Below, in pieces: positions 18,195 to 27,944 of a stretch of DNA of 32,000 nucleotides (position 1 is the first letter of the stretch; each line of letters starts with the position of its first letter). Made by a program: the position numbers and the translations under genes. The DNA lies in NCBI GenBank assembly GCA_965223155.1, contig CBDCVR010000014.1, positions 4,575 to 36,574 of the forward strand. Reading direction: 5' to 3'. The notes beneath the pieces are model-generated. The model was given only the letters and a program-made list of their open reading frames with translations, had not been told where the DNA came from and made no database searches. The DNA is from Candidatus Multivoradales bacterium. Its GTDB lineage: Bacteria; Acidobacteriota; Thermoanaerobaculia; Multivoradales; JAHEKO01.

Positions 18195-19435
18195 TCCCAA
18201 CTGTGGAAATCTACTGACAGGGGGGCTGGCGTGGCGCGTTCCGCAGCGGGCTCCGGCCACCAACGATCCTCGTACTCACCCCACATTTGCTTCAAGTAGG
18301 GCATCACCTCTTTAGCGAACAGATCCGTGTTGCGTTGCGTCACTTCCGGCGGCATGTTGCCGAAGTGGCAAAGCGCCATGAGGTGCCCCACGCGCATACT
18401 CTTCAGCGCCTCGCCCAACTGCTCGCGCACCGTGCTCGGGCTGCCGGCGATGACGTAGCCCTGATCGACAAAATCCTTGAACGTCAAATCGGCCCGCGCC
18501 TTGGCCGCAGCCAGACCGAACTGCGGTTTAAAGCCGCGGCGCAACGTCGCCTGAGTGCGATAACCCGGCGCATCCGCAAAGCCTTCGTAGACGTGCAGGC
18601 AGCGATTGTAGAAATAATCCGCATACGGCCCGTAAATGCGCTCGGCCTCGGCGTCCGTCTCCGCCACGCCAACGAGCTGCAGGAAGCCGACGCGGTAGGG
18701 ATTGGGCTCAATGCCGCGCTGGTCCACCACTTCCCAAAAGCCATCCAGGACTTCCTTGCCGCGCTTGTAGCCATAGTAGCTCAAGTAGCAGTAGCAATAA
18801 TCATTATCTAGGCACCAATCCCAGGTCTCGATGCTGCCGCCGCCAGGAATCCAGATCGGCGGGTGCGGCTTTTGCAGCGGCCGGGGCCAGATATTGACGT
18901 AGCGCAACTGCGTGTACTTGCCGTTGAAGCTAAAGGGATCGGGGCGCGTCCAGGATTGGATGATGAGATCGTGCGCCTCGCGGTATTTGTCCCGCAGCGC
19001 CATGGGCGACTCGCCGTAGGCGAAATTCGTATCCATCGAACTGCCCACTGGGAATCCAGCCACCAGGCGGCCGCCGCTCATCACATCGAGCATAGCGAAC
19101 TCTTCGGCCACGCGCAGCGGCGGATTGTAGAGCGCAATGCTGTTGCCCAGCACGATCAGCGCCGACTGCGACGTGCGCCGCGTCAAGGCCGCGGCCATCA
19201 GATTCGGCGACGGCATGAGGCCGTAGGCGTTGGCGTGGTGCTCATTGACGCACAGGCCATCAAAGCCGGCCTTTTCAGCAAATTCCAGCTCGTCTAGATA
19301 ATCGTTGTAGATCACATGCCCCTTTTCCGGGTCGTACAAGTCGCTGGGCACATCCACCCAGACGCTGCGGTATTTCTCTTTGAAGTCATCCGGTAAATAC
19401 GGATAGGGCATGAGGTGAAACCAATTCACTTTCAT
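18185..19435 (-). CDS. LLM class (luciferase-like) flavin-dependent oxidoreductase
   Basis: LYDPEKGHVIYNDYLDELEFAEKAGFDGLCVNEHHANAYGLMPSPNLMAAALTRRTSQSALIVLGNSIALYNPPLRVAEEFAMLDVMSGGRLVAGFPVG. Confidence 0.92.
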   Translation of the reverse strand: MKVNWFHLMPYPYLPDDFKEKYRSVWVDVPSDLYDPEKGHVIYNDYLDELEFAEKAGFDGLCVNEHHANAYGLMPSPNLMAAALTRRTSQSALIVLGNSIALYNPPLRVAEEFAMLDVMSGGRLVAGFPVGSSMDTNFAYGESPMALRDKYREAHDLIIQSWTRPDPFSFNGKYTQLRYVNIWPRPLQKPHPPIWIPGGGSIETWDWCLDNDYCYCYLSYYGYKRGKEVLDGFWEVVDQRGIEPNPYRVGFLQLVGVAETDAEAERIYGPYADYFYNRCLHVYEGFADAPGYRTQATLRRGFKPQFGLAAAKARADLTFKDFVDQGYVIAGSPSTVREQLGEALKSMRVGHLMALCHFGNMPPEVTQRNTDLFAKEVMPYLKQMWGEYEDRWWPEPAAERATPAPLSVDFHSWEPD

Positions 19436-19798
19436 CGGCCATCTCCTGTGTGGCTAGGGCGCTCCATGGACCCATATCCCGCTCGCGCGTCGATTGCAAA
19501 CGTTGACTGCCCATGGCTTGTATCACAATCGCGCGCCAGGCGCAAGGCGCCACCCTAAGGCGCTAGCCGTTCTCGCTCCCTACGGCGGCTGCGCCTTTAC
19601 CGGCCCCGCCGGCATGAGCAAGTCCACCTTCGCCGCCGCCTTCCACCGCGCTGGCGACGCCATTTTCAGCGATCTGCAGCAAGCGCCGCGACATCGCCAG
19701 AAACCGTTTTGGGCTTGACGCGAGCATCGCGTTGCATAAGATAGTGGCGGTGTTTTATGTCGCTACTACTTTGATATCTCTAGATATGGAGGAAAAGC

Positions 19799-20818
19799 AT
19801 GCAACGGTTGTTCAAAATCACAGCGCTATTGGGAGTGGCCACGCTGGTGTGGTTCGGCGCGGCGCAAGCCGGCAAAGACCTCGACGCCATCAAGGCCAAT
19901 GGCGTGATTAAATGCGGCGTCAGCACCGGGCTGGCGGGTTTTTCCATTGCCGACAGCAAGGGCAATTACACCGGCCTCGACGCCGAATTTTGCAAAGCCC
20001 TGGCCGCCGCCGTGCTGGGCGACGCCTCGAAAGTCACGTACGCGCCGCTCTCGGCGCAGCAGCGCTTCACCGCCCTGCAGTCGGGCGAGGTCGACCTGTT
20101 GAGCCGCAACACCACCTGGACCCTGACGCGCGACGCCTCGCTCGGCCTGGTGTTCGCCGGGGTGCTGTTCTACGACGGCCAGGGTTTTATGGTGCCCCAA
20201 AGCCTCGGGGTAAAAAGCGCTAAAGAACTCGACGGCGCCGAGGTCTGCGTGCAGACCGGCACCACCACGGAGCTCAATCTGGCTGACTATTTCCGGGCCA
20301 ACGGCATGAACTTTAAGCCCGTGGTGTTCGAAAATCTGGAAGAATCCAAGACCGCCTTTTTCAATGGCCGCTGCCAGGTCTACACCACCGACCGCTCCGG
20401 CCTCGCCTCCATCCGCTCGGCCGACGCCCCCAATGCGGACGACTACATTATCCTGCCCGAAACCATCTCCAAAGAGCCCCTGGGCCCCGTGGTGCGGCGC
20501 GGCGATGACGAGTGGTTCACCATGGTCAAATGGATGGTCTACGCCCTCATTGAAGCCGAGGAAAAAGGCGTCACCAGCCAAAACGTCGACGAGATGAAAA
20601 ATAGCAAAGACCCAGCCATCCAGCGTCTACTTGGCGTCTCGGGCGACATGGGCTCCTTGATCGGGCTCGACAACGACTGGGCCGTGCGCGCCATTAAAGC
20701 TGTGGGCAATTACGGCGAACTCTACACCCGCAACGTGCTGCCCATTGGCCTGCCGCGCGAAGGCCCCAACGCCCTCTGGACGCAGGGCGGCATGATGTAC
20801 GCCATGCCTGTGCGTTAA
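19799..20818 (+). CDS. aapJ: General L-amino acid ABC transporter substrate-binding protein
   Basis: DLDAIKANGVIKCGVSTGLAGFSIADSKGNYTGLDAEFCKALAAAVLGD...FTALQSGEVDLLSRNTTWTLTRDASLGLVF; RBS GGAGG upstream. Confidence 0.92.
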   Translation: MQRLFKITALLGVATLVWFGAAQAGKDLDAIKANGVIKCGVSTGLAGFSIADSKGNYTGLDAEFCKALAAAVLGDASKVTYAPLSAQQRFTALQSGEVDLLSRNTTWTLTRDASLGLVFAGVLFYDGQGFMVPQSLGVKSAKELDGAEVCVQTGTTTELNLADYFRANGMNFKPVVFENLEESKTAFFNGRCQVYTTDRSGLASIRSADAPNADDYIILPETISKEPLGPVVRRGDDEWFTMVKWMVYALIEAEEKGVTSQNVDEMKNSKDPAIQRLLGVSGDMGSLIGLDNDWAVRAIKAVGNYGELYTRNVLPIGLPREGPNALWTQGGMMYAMPVR

Positions 20819-20836
20819 GGCAAGAGGAAGACCGGC

Positions 20837-22038
20837 ATGGCTCGCACGACGACCGGCACACCCAGGCAGGCGCCGCCGCCATCGCGCGGCTCGCTGTGGC
20901 ATAACGAACGCTTCCGCAACGCGCTCTATCAGGCGCTGGCGCTCGCCTGCCTCATCGCCCTGGCGGCCTTCCTCATCTCCAATGCGCTGACCAATCTCAG
21001 CGAGCGTTCCATCCGCACCGGTTTCGACTTTCTCGAGCGCGAGGCCGGCTTTCGCATTGGCGAAAGCCTGATTCCCTACAGCGCCCAGAGCAGCTACGGC
21101 CGCGCCTATGTCGTCGGCGTGCTCAACACCTTGCGCGTCGCCGTCATCGGCATCGCGATGGCCACCCTCATCGGCATTCTGCTGGGCATCGCCCGCCTGT
21201 CGCCCAACTGGCTCATCGTGCAACTCGCCACAGCGTACGTCGAAACCGTGCGCAACATTCCGCTGCTGTTGCAACTGTTTTTCTGGTACGCCGTGGTCAC
21301 CGGCATCCTGCCGCCGGTGCGCCAGGCCCGTCACCCTGCTGCCGGGCGTCTACCTCAGCAAGAGCGGTCTCATGTTTCCCGCCCTCGCGCCCGACCCCAT
21401 CTATCGCTTCGTCATGGGCGCGCTAGTCATCGGCGTCGCCCTGGCCTGGCTGCTGGCCTACCTCGCCAAACGCCGCCAACAACGCACCGGACAGCGGCGC
21501 GCGGTCTTCCTTCCGGCTTTGGCCTGCATCATCGCCCTGCCCCTGCTGACTTGGCTGGCGGGCGGCGCGCCGACTGGTCTGGACGTCCCGACCTTAACGC
21601 GCTTTTACGTTTCAAGGCGGCAATAGCATCACGCCGGAATTTTTGGCGCTTCTCTTTGGGCTGACGACCTACACGGCGGCGTTTATCGCGGAAAACGTGC
21701 GCGGCGGCATCCAGGCTGTGCCCTGGGGCCAGACCGAAGCGGCCGCGGCCCTGGGCTTGCGGCGCGGCGCCGCGATGCGCCTGGTCATCTTGCCCCAGGC
21801 CCTGCGCATCATCATTCCGCCGACCACGAGCCAGTACCTCAATCTCACCAAAAACAGCTCACTCGCCGTCGCCATCGGCTATCCCGACCTGGTCTCGGTC
21901 ACTAATACATCGCTGAACCAAACCGGCCAGGCCATCGAGTGCATCGCTATCATGATGGCGGTGTACCTCTCCATCAGCCTGACCATTTCCCTCTGCATGA
22001 ACGCCTACAACCGCTACGTCGCCTTGGTGGAGCGCTAA
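20837..22038 (+). pseudogene. aapQ: General L-amino acid ABC permease AapQ, split by two apparent +1 frameshifts
   Basis: Continuous homology across three frames: 20837-~21327 (...VETVRNIPLLLQLFFWYAVVTGILPPVRQA), ~21328-~21603 (VTLLPGVYLSKSGLMFPALAPDP...), then ...GGNSITPEFLALLFGLTTYTAAFIAENVRGGIQAV...RYVALVER to 22038. Confidence 0.85.
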
Positions 22039-22041
22039 GAG

Positions 22042-23148
22042 ATGCGACAGCCGTCTACATCAACAACGATCTCGCAGCCAACGCGGCCGCCGGCAACCGC
22101 CATCGGCCCTATCGCCTGGCTGCGCCAAAATCTCTTTAGCAGTTGGTTCAACGCCCTGCTCACCGTGCTGGCGCTCTTGCTGCTCTACAAAGTCCTGCCG
22201 CCGCTAATACACTGGCTGGCCATCGACGCCGTCTGGGGCGCGGCCGAGCCCGCGGCATGCAAAGCGGCGCATGGCGCCTGCTGGGCCATGATTCACGAAA
22301 AATACCGCCTCATTCTCTTTGGCCGCTATCCCTACGACGAGCAGTGGCGGCCGATGCTCGGCATTCTCATGCTCGTAGGGTTGATCGGGCTGAGTTGCAA
22401 CCGCAACTTCTGGCGCCTGTGGCTGCTCGACGTCTGGGTCGGCGGCCTAGCGGTGTGGTTCGCCCTCATGTGGGGCGGCGTCTTCGACCTGTCCTTCGTG
22501 CCCAATAACTTATGGGGCGGCCTGCCACTGACCCTCATGCTCACCATCATCGGCCTGGCCGTGGCCTTCCCCGTCTCCATCATCTTGGCCCTCGGACGCC
22601 GCTCCAAGCTGCCGATCATCCGCCTCATGTGCATCGTCTACATCGAACTGATCCGCGGCGTACCGCTCATCAGCCTGCTGTTCATGGCCTCGTTCATGCT
22701 GCCGCTCTTCCTGCCCACTGGCGTCAATTTCGACGAAGTCCTGCGCGCCCAGGTGGCCATCATCATGTTCTCCGCCGCCTACCTGGCCGAGGCCATTCGC
22801 GGCGGTCTGCAGGCCATGCCCCAGGGCCAGTACGAAGCCGCCCACGCCCTGGGCCTGACCTACTGGCAGACGCAGCGCAAAATCATTTTGCCGCAGGCGC
22901 TCAAAATTTCGATTCCATCGATTGTCAACATTTTCATTGGGCTCTTTAAAGACACCTCCCTCGTTGCGATTGTCAGCCTCTCCGACCTGCTGCTGTCCAT
23001 GCGCCAAGCCATCGCCGACATCGCCTGGCGCCGCTATTTCGTCGAGGGTTATTTATTTATTGCGGTGATTTATTTCTGCGTCTGTTTTTTCATGTCCAAG
23101 TACAGCAAATACCTGGAAAACCAGCTAGAGACCGGCCATCGGCGGTGA
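22042..23148 (+). CDS. aapM: General L-amino acid ABC permease
   Basis: WGGLPLTLMLTIIGLAVAFPVSIILALGRRSKLPIIRLMCIVYIELIRGVPLISLLFMASFMLPLFLP, EAAHALGLTYWQTQRKIILPQALKISIPSIVNIFIGLFKDTSLV. Confidence 0.92.
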   Translation: MRQPSTSTTISQPTRPPATAIGPIAWLRQNLFSSWFNALLTVLALLLLYKVLPPLIHWLAIDAVWGAAEPAACKAAHGACWAMIHEKYRLILFGRYPYDEQWRPMLGILMLVGLIGLSCNRNFWRLWLLDVWVGGLAVWFALMWGGVFDLSFVPNNLWGGLPLTLMLTIIGLAVAFPVSIILALGRRSKLPIIRLMCIVYIELIRGVPLISLLFMASFMLPLFLPTGVNFDEVLRAQVAIIMFSAAYLAEAIRGGLQAMPQGQYEAAHALGLTYWQTQRKIILPQALKISIPSIVNIFIGLFKDTSLVAIVSLSDLLLSMRQAIADIAWRRYFVEGYLFIAVIYFCVCFFMSKYSKYLENQLETGHRR

Positions 23149-23167
23149 TGAGCAAGGGGAAAGCGAG

Positions 23168-23926
23168 ATGAGCGAATCGACATCCAACCACGCCATGGTC
23201 GACCTGCGCGGCGTCAACAAATGGTTTGGCCAGTTCCACGTGCTCAAAGACATCAACCTAAGCATCGCGAGGAGCGAGCGCATCGTCATCTGCGGACCCT
23301 CGGGATCGGGCAAATCGACCCTCATCCGCTGCATCAATCGCCTGGAGGAACACCAGCAAGGCCGCATCCTCGTCGACGGCGTCGAGCTGACCAACGACCT
23401 CAAAAACATCGACGCCATCCGGCGCGAAGTCGGCATGGTGTTTCAGCACTTCAATTTATATTTCCCCACCTGACCGTGTTGGAGAACTGCACCCTGTCCC
23501 CCATCTGGGTGCGCGGCCTGCCCAAACGAGACGCCGACGACCTCGCCATGGAGTATTTAGAACGCGTGCAAATCCCGGAGCAAGCCGACAAATACCCCGG
23601 CCAGCTCTCCGGCGGCCAGCAGCAGCGCGTCGCCATCGCCCGCGCGCTGTGCATGCAGCCCAACGTCATGCTCTTTGACGAACCCACCTCGGCGCTCGAC
23701 CCGGAGATGATCGCCGAGGTGCTCGACGTCATGATCGACCTGGCCGAATCCGGCATGACCATGCTATGCGTCACGCACGAAATGGGCTTCGCCCGCAAAG
23801 TGGCGGACCGCGTGGTGTTCATGGACGGCGGCGAGATCATCGAGGCGAACGAGCCCGAGGCGTTTTTCAGCAACCCGCAGTCGGATCGCACGAAGTTGTT
23901 TTTGAGCCAGATTTTGTCGCATTGAC
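23168..23926 (+). pseudogene. aapP: General L-amino acid ABC ATPase AapP, split by one apparent -1 frameshift
   Basis: Frame 1 ...[23 protein letters not shown]...[14 protein letters not shown], continuing in another frame [17 protein letters not shown]...[43 protein letters not shown]...LSQILSH. Confidence 0.88.
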
Positions 23927-23973
23927 AAGAGGCTCCCATCGCAGCCGCCATCACCTCAAACCAGAGAAACTTA

Positions 23974-25146
23974 ATGAATTACTTCCCCCTGACTACCGAA
24001 CAGCAAGCGTGGAAAGACCGGACCGCTGAGATTGCCGAGCGCGACATCGCGCCGCGAGCTGCAGATTACGACCGGAAGGCGCAATTTCCCCAGGAGTCGC
24101 TCAATACCCTGCGGGACGCCGACTTATGGGCAATACGAGTGCCGAAACAATATGGCGGTCTCGGCCTCGATCTCGTGACGACTTGCTTAATTGTCGAGGA
24201 AATATCGAAAAAGTGCCCTTCGACGGCCATGTGCTACAAAATGCACTTGGAAGCCGTTGAGGCCATCAGTCTGATTCCCACACCTTACCAGCTTGAGCGC
24301 TACATCCAACCGCTGCTGCAAGGCGAGATGTTCGCCGCCGCGCCAGGCGGCGAGCCCCACGGCCCGTCCGGCGACGATTGGACGCCCGTGCGCCAGAAGG
24401 TCACCACCTTGCCCAGAGTTCAAGGCGGCTTTCACATCGACCACGTGCGCAAATCGTATGTCACCTCGGCCGGGTATGCGACGCACTACGTGATGTTTTG
24501 CCGCGTCGAGGGCGGCCGAACAGAGGGCCCGCCGGAACTCTTGATCTTCAAGAACGACGAGGTCGAGTGGCAAACGATTGGCGAGTGGAACGGCCTGGGC
24601 ATGCGCGGCAACTGCAGCGTGCCGATGATCTTCAACGGCATTGTGCCGGAAGCCAACCTGGTGGGTATCGAGCTGTCGGACAAAAGCGAGCCGGTCATGA
24701 CCAAATACATGGCGCCCTGCCAAATTCTAACCTACGGCGCGGCCTACCTGGGCATTGCGTCGGGGGCCTTTGACATCGCCTGCGCCGAAGGCGACAGACG
24801 TTACCCCAGCGGCGCGCGCCGGCTCGACAGCCCCATCAACCAGCGGCGCATGGCGGAGATGAGCGCTCAAATCGAGGCCGCCAGAGCGCTATTGCACGTG
24901 GCGGCGGCCATGGCGGACTCCGGGCGGGCGCCATCGGTGCTGCCCTACTTGCAAGCCAAAGCCGTCTGCTCAGAAGTCGGCGTGCGCGTGACCACAGAGC
25001 TGATGACCATGTTCGGCGGCACGGCTTTCGCGAGCCGCTTGCCCTTTGAGCGATACTTCCGGGACGCCCGCGCGGGCCTGGTCATGGGAGTGGCCAACGA
25101 TACAGCTTACGACACGATCGGAACGCTACTGTTTCCGGGGAGCTGA
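23974..25146 (+). CDS. Acyl-CoA dehydrogenase family protein
   Basis: LTTEQQAWKDRTAEIAERDIAPRAADYDRKAQFPQESLNTLRDADLWAIRVPKQYGGLGLD, WNGLGMRGNCSVP, QAKAVCSEVGVRVTTELMTMFGGTAFASRLPFERYFRDARAG. Confidence 0.9.
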   Translation: MNYFPLTTEQQAWKDRTAEIAERDIAPRAADYDRKAQFPQESLNTLRDADLWAIRVPKQYGGLGLDLVTTCLIVEEISKKCPSTAMCYKMHLEAVEAISLIPTPYQLERYIQPLLQGEMFAAAPGGEPHGPSGDDWTPVRQKVTTLPRVQGGFHIDHVRKSYVTSAGYATHYVMFCRVEGGRTEGPPELLIFKNDEVEWQTIGEWNGLGMRGNCSVPMIFNGIVPEANLVGIELSDKSEPVMTKYMAPCQILTYGAAYLGIASGAFDIACAEGDRRYPSGARRLDSPINQRRMAEMSAQIEAARALLHVAAAMADSGRAPSVLPYLQAKAVCSEVGVRVTTELMTMFGGTAFASRLPFERYFRDARAGLVMGVANDTAYDTIGTLLFPGS

Positions 25147-25194
25147 CCTCAAGAGAGTTGGAGTCAGATTTTGTCGCATTGACGAGGGGCAGAC

Positions 25195-25455
25195 ATGGCG
25201 AATCATCAATTCTTGCTGATGTTAACGGGCGTATCCGAAATGACGCCTGAACTTGCAGACCAATTGTATGAAGCAACAGGCGGCGACATCGAATTCAACA
25301 TGCGTGATGGCGTCGTTGTTTTAGAGTTTGATCGCGCCGCGGCTTCACTCCAGGACGCCGTGCTGTCGGCCATTGAGCAGGTGGAAGGCAGTGGAATCGG
25401 CGTGCGAGTCGTACGGGTGGCGCCGGTTGACCCCGAGCGTCATCCTGCGGCTTGA
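25195..25455 (+). CDS. Small conserved-looking hypothetical protein
   Basis: 86 aa ORF MANHQFLLMLTGVSEMTPELADQLYEATGGDIEFNMRDGVVVLEFDRAAASLQDAV..., plausible composition. Confidence 0.5.
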   Translation: MANHQFLLMLTGVSEMTPELADQLYEATGGDIEFNMRDGVVVLEFDRAAASLQDAVLSAIEQVEGSGIGVRVVRVAPVDPERHPAA

Positions 25456-25664
25456 CCGCAGGATCCAGAGGGCCCGCTGGCGCCGCCAGTAATCAGCGCC
25501 ACTTTCCCCTCTAACTGCCCCGCCATACCAATCCCCTCTTCTCATTCTTCTCTTCGCGTCCTTCGCGGATCCTGCTTATACAACCTCCGCACAGCCGAAA
25601 GTCAATGGCGCGAGCACCACCATATGCTACAATCATGACGCCAATCTAAACGAGAGGAACCACC

Positions 25665-26003
25665 ATGGCCATCAACCTGCAAATGGAAGCGCCGCCGCTT
25701 CATGAAGACGCCTCAGGGGCGCTGCGCGTCGGGAATTCCCACGTGCTGTTGGACCTGGTGATCCGCGCTTTTCAAGACGGCGCCACCCCCGAAACGATCC
25801 ACCAACGCTATCCGACCGCGGGGTTGCCGGATATTTACGCCGTGATCGCCTACTACCTGCGGCACCCGGCGGATATTGACGCCTATCTCGCTGAACGCGA
25901 CCAACACGCCCGCGACGTCCGTCAGCGTATCGAACGGCATCAAGGCGACTTGGCGGGTCTACGCGACCGGCTCGCCGCCCGCCGGGGCTCTACTTCAGGG
26001 TGA
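25665..26003 (+). CDS. DUF433-domain protein, antitoxin-like
   Basis: VLLDLVIRAFQDGATPETIHQRYPTAGLPDIYAVIAYYLRHPADIDAYLAERD. Confidence 0.82.
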   Translation: MAINLQMEAPPLHEDASGALRVGNSHVLLDLVIRAFQDGATPETIHQRYPTAGLPDIYAVIAYYLRHPADIDAYLAERDQHARDVRQRIERHQGDLAGLRDRLAARRGSTSG

Positions 26004-26006
26004 GCT

Positions 26007-26360
26007 GTGTTACGTCTGTTAAGCGATGAAAATTTCAACGGAGATATCGTCCGCGGCCTTCTGCTTCAGCATCCCGGTCTCAATCTGCGCCGTGTGCAAG
26101 ATGTGGGGTTGGAGGGCGCAGAAGATCCTGCCATACTTGTATGGGCTGCTGAAAATGATCGCATTTTGGTGACCCACGACCGCGCGACCATGCCCGCCTT
26201 TGCCTACGAGCGAGTTGCTGCGGGACAGACCATGCCGGGGATTTTCATCTTGAATGACCGCATTGCGATTCGTCAGGCAATTGAGGAATTATTGATGCTT
26301 GATGCATGTAGTGAGCAGGCGGAGTGGGTGGGGTTAGTGGTTTATTTGCCTTGGGTTTAA
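26007..26360 (+). CDS. DUF5615 PIN-like protein, toxin-like partner of the DUF433 gene
   Basis: LLSDENFNGDIVRGLL, DPAILVWAAENDRILVTHDRATMPAFAYERV; starts 4 nt after the upstream stop. Confidence 0.82.
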   Translation: MLRLLSDENFNGDIVRGLLLQHPGLNLRRVQDVGLEGAEDPAILVWAAENDRILVTHDRATMPAFAYERVAAGQTMPGIFILNDRIAIRQAIEELLMLDACSEQAEWVGLVVYLPWV

Positions 26361-26368
26361 GTTGGGTT

Positions 26369-27138
26369 TCACGACGAACTTAAGCAACGAAAGCCCAAGC
26401 GGCTGTAGCGGAAGTCGGGCGAGATCGCGTCGCGATGTACGGCCTGCACGACCTCTGCGGCGCCACCCCAGCTCCCGCCTCGAACAACGCGATGGCCACC
26501 CGCTTCTGTAACACCGTCAGACTCTACTGCAACGCGTAACTGATCATCTGGATAATCCTGGCACCACTCCCATACATTACCTAGCATATCATAGAGCCCC
26601 CAGGCATTCGGCTGCTTGAGACCCACATCATGCGTTTCATCGCCGCTGTTCTCGCCATACCATGCAATAGAGTCCAAATCTTCATCATAGCGCATAGTCG
26701 CCGTCCCGGCTCGATATGCGTACTCCCACTGCGCTTCGGTCGGCAAGGTCAATGTCAACTCAGGCAACTGCCGATTGAATGCGGCTAGAAATGCCTGGCA
26801 GTCCCCCCAGCTCACATTCTCCACCGGTCGCTTTGCACCCTTGAACCAACTTGGATCATCACTCATAACAGCCTGCCACAGCTCTTGTGTACACGGCGTG
26901 TCAAACAGCCAGAACCCTCTGGCACTGCTACGTCATGCGGTGATTGTTCCCAGGGAAACTGCCTCTCTTCGTTCTCTGGCAAGCCCATAATAAAACGGCC
27001 GGGCGGCATCCATCGCATGCGCTGCTCCACCTCGCCGATGCGGAAGGCGCACCACGGGCCATAGGCGTCTTGCCCCCAGGCCGAGGCCCAGACTGGTGGA
27101 CAGCCGGTTGCAAGGGGATGTGAAGTGAGAGTGGCCAT
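26369..27138 (-). pseudogene. FGE-sulfatase (SUMF1/EgtB/PvdO) domain protein of conflict-system type, frameshifted and probably 5'-truncated
   Basis: WGQDAYGPWCAFRIGEVEQRMRWMPPGRFIMGLPENEE...(frameshift about 26913)...LPTEAQWEYAYRAGT, PNAWGLYDMLGNVWEWCQDYPD, HRVVRGGSWG, RYSRLGFRCL. Confidence 0.82.
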
Positions 27139-27190
27139 AGGATTGTGAACCTGATATTGGTTAGATCACACAAGCTGACTGCAAATCAAC

Positions 27191-27354
27191 TACCACCCGC
27201 AGAGCGGGTGGTTTGATCATGCCCCCCGGAGGGGGGCGTTTCTTGTGAAGAACCCCCTCAAGGGGGGCATAACCAAGTAAGCCCCTCAAGGAGCTCAGGG
27301 GACTTGAGTCAGCCCCTCAAGGGGCTCTACTATCTGGGGATGGCCCCAAAGGGG
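27191..27354. repeat. Cluster of six GC-rich short palindromes downstream of tnpA
   Basis: Stems at 27191-27211, 27220-27236, 27252-27265, 27280-27299 (weaker), 27309-27324 and 27340-27354. Confidence 0.8.
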
Positions 27355-27385
27355 CCTAGACCCGCCTCGCTGTCACCTGATAATC

Positions 27386-27826
27386 TTAGATGTTCTCACC
27401 TAAACGCAATTGCTCATCTTCCCGTTGATCGGCCTCATCCTGATTCCGGATATACCTGCGAATCATCTCTTCGTCTAGCCCGACGGTGCTCACGCAGTAG
27501 CCCTTCGACCAGAAATGGGACCCCGTAAAGTTGCGCTTCCGGCCAAGATACTCCCGGTGAATTCGAATCGCCGACTTCCCTTTGAGACGACCGATCGCTG
27601 TCGCCACACTATATTTCGGCGGGATGCTCAGGCATAAATGCACGTGATCCCGCATCGCATGCCCTTCGATCAGCTCGATCTCAAATTGCTCGCAAAGCTC
27701 TCGCAGTATGCGGCCGATGTCTTTACGAAGCCTACCGAAGATTGCTTTCTGTCGATATTTCGGTACGATAACCACATGGTAACGGCAGCACCATTTCACG
27801 TGGCTTTGCCGGCGCCATTCTCTCAT
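27386..27826 (-). CDS. tnpA: IS200/IS605-family Y1 transposase
   Basis: MREWRRQSHVKWCCRYHVVIVPKYRQKAIFG, HUH motif HVHL, FWSKGYCVSTVGLDEEMIRRYIRNQDEAD carrying the catalytic Tyr; AAGGAG RBS before ATG 27826. Confidence 0.92.
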   Translation of the reverse strand: MREWRRQSHVKWCCRYHVVIVPKYRQKAIFGRLRKDIGRILRELCEQFEIELIEGHAMRDHVHLCLSIPPKYSVATAIGRLKGKSAIRIHREYLGRKRNFTGSHFWSKGYCVSTVGLDEEMIRRYIRNQDEADQREDEQLRLGENI

Positions 27827-27829
27827 GGT

Positions 27830-27875
27830 GGTTTCTCCTTTCGATGGCCTTGGCGGGTCCACCGAAGGAGAAACC
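27830..27875 (-). promoter_or_regulatory. Inverted repeat overlapping the tnpA ribosome-binding site
   Basis: Left arm ggtttctccttt at 27830 onward pairs with right arm cgaaggagaaacc ending at 27875; 5'-leader structure expected to sequester the AAGGAG Shine-Dalgarno. Confidence 0.55.
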
Positions 27876-27944
27876 ACATCTGACGCCTACAATCAACGCC
27901 GGAACGGCAGAGCCTATGGGAGTCTCACCGCCAGAGGCGGTGGC

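Noticed and set aside
20837-22038. Programmed frameshifting in aapQ
   Set aside because: No slippery heptamer recognised, two same-sign shifts needed, and similar one-base errors occur in other genes; sequencing error or decay is simpler.
27191-27354. Considered as a CRISPR array
   Set aside because: Palindromes differ in sequence and spacing, with no constant repeat plus unique spacer pattern and no cas genes.
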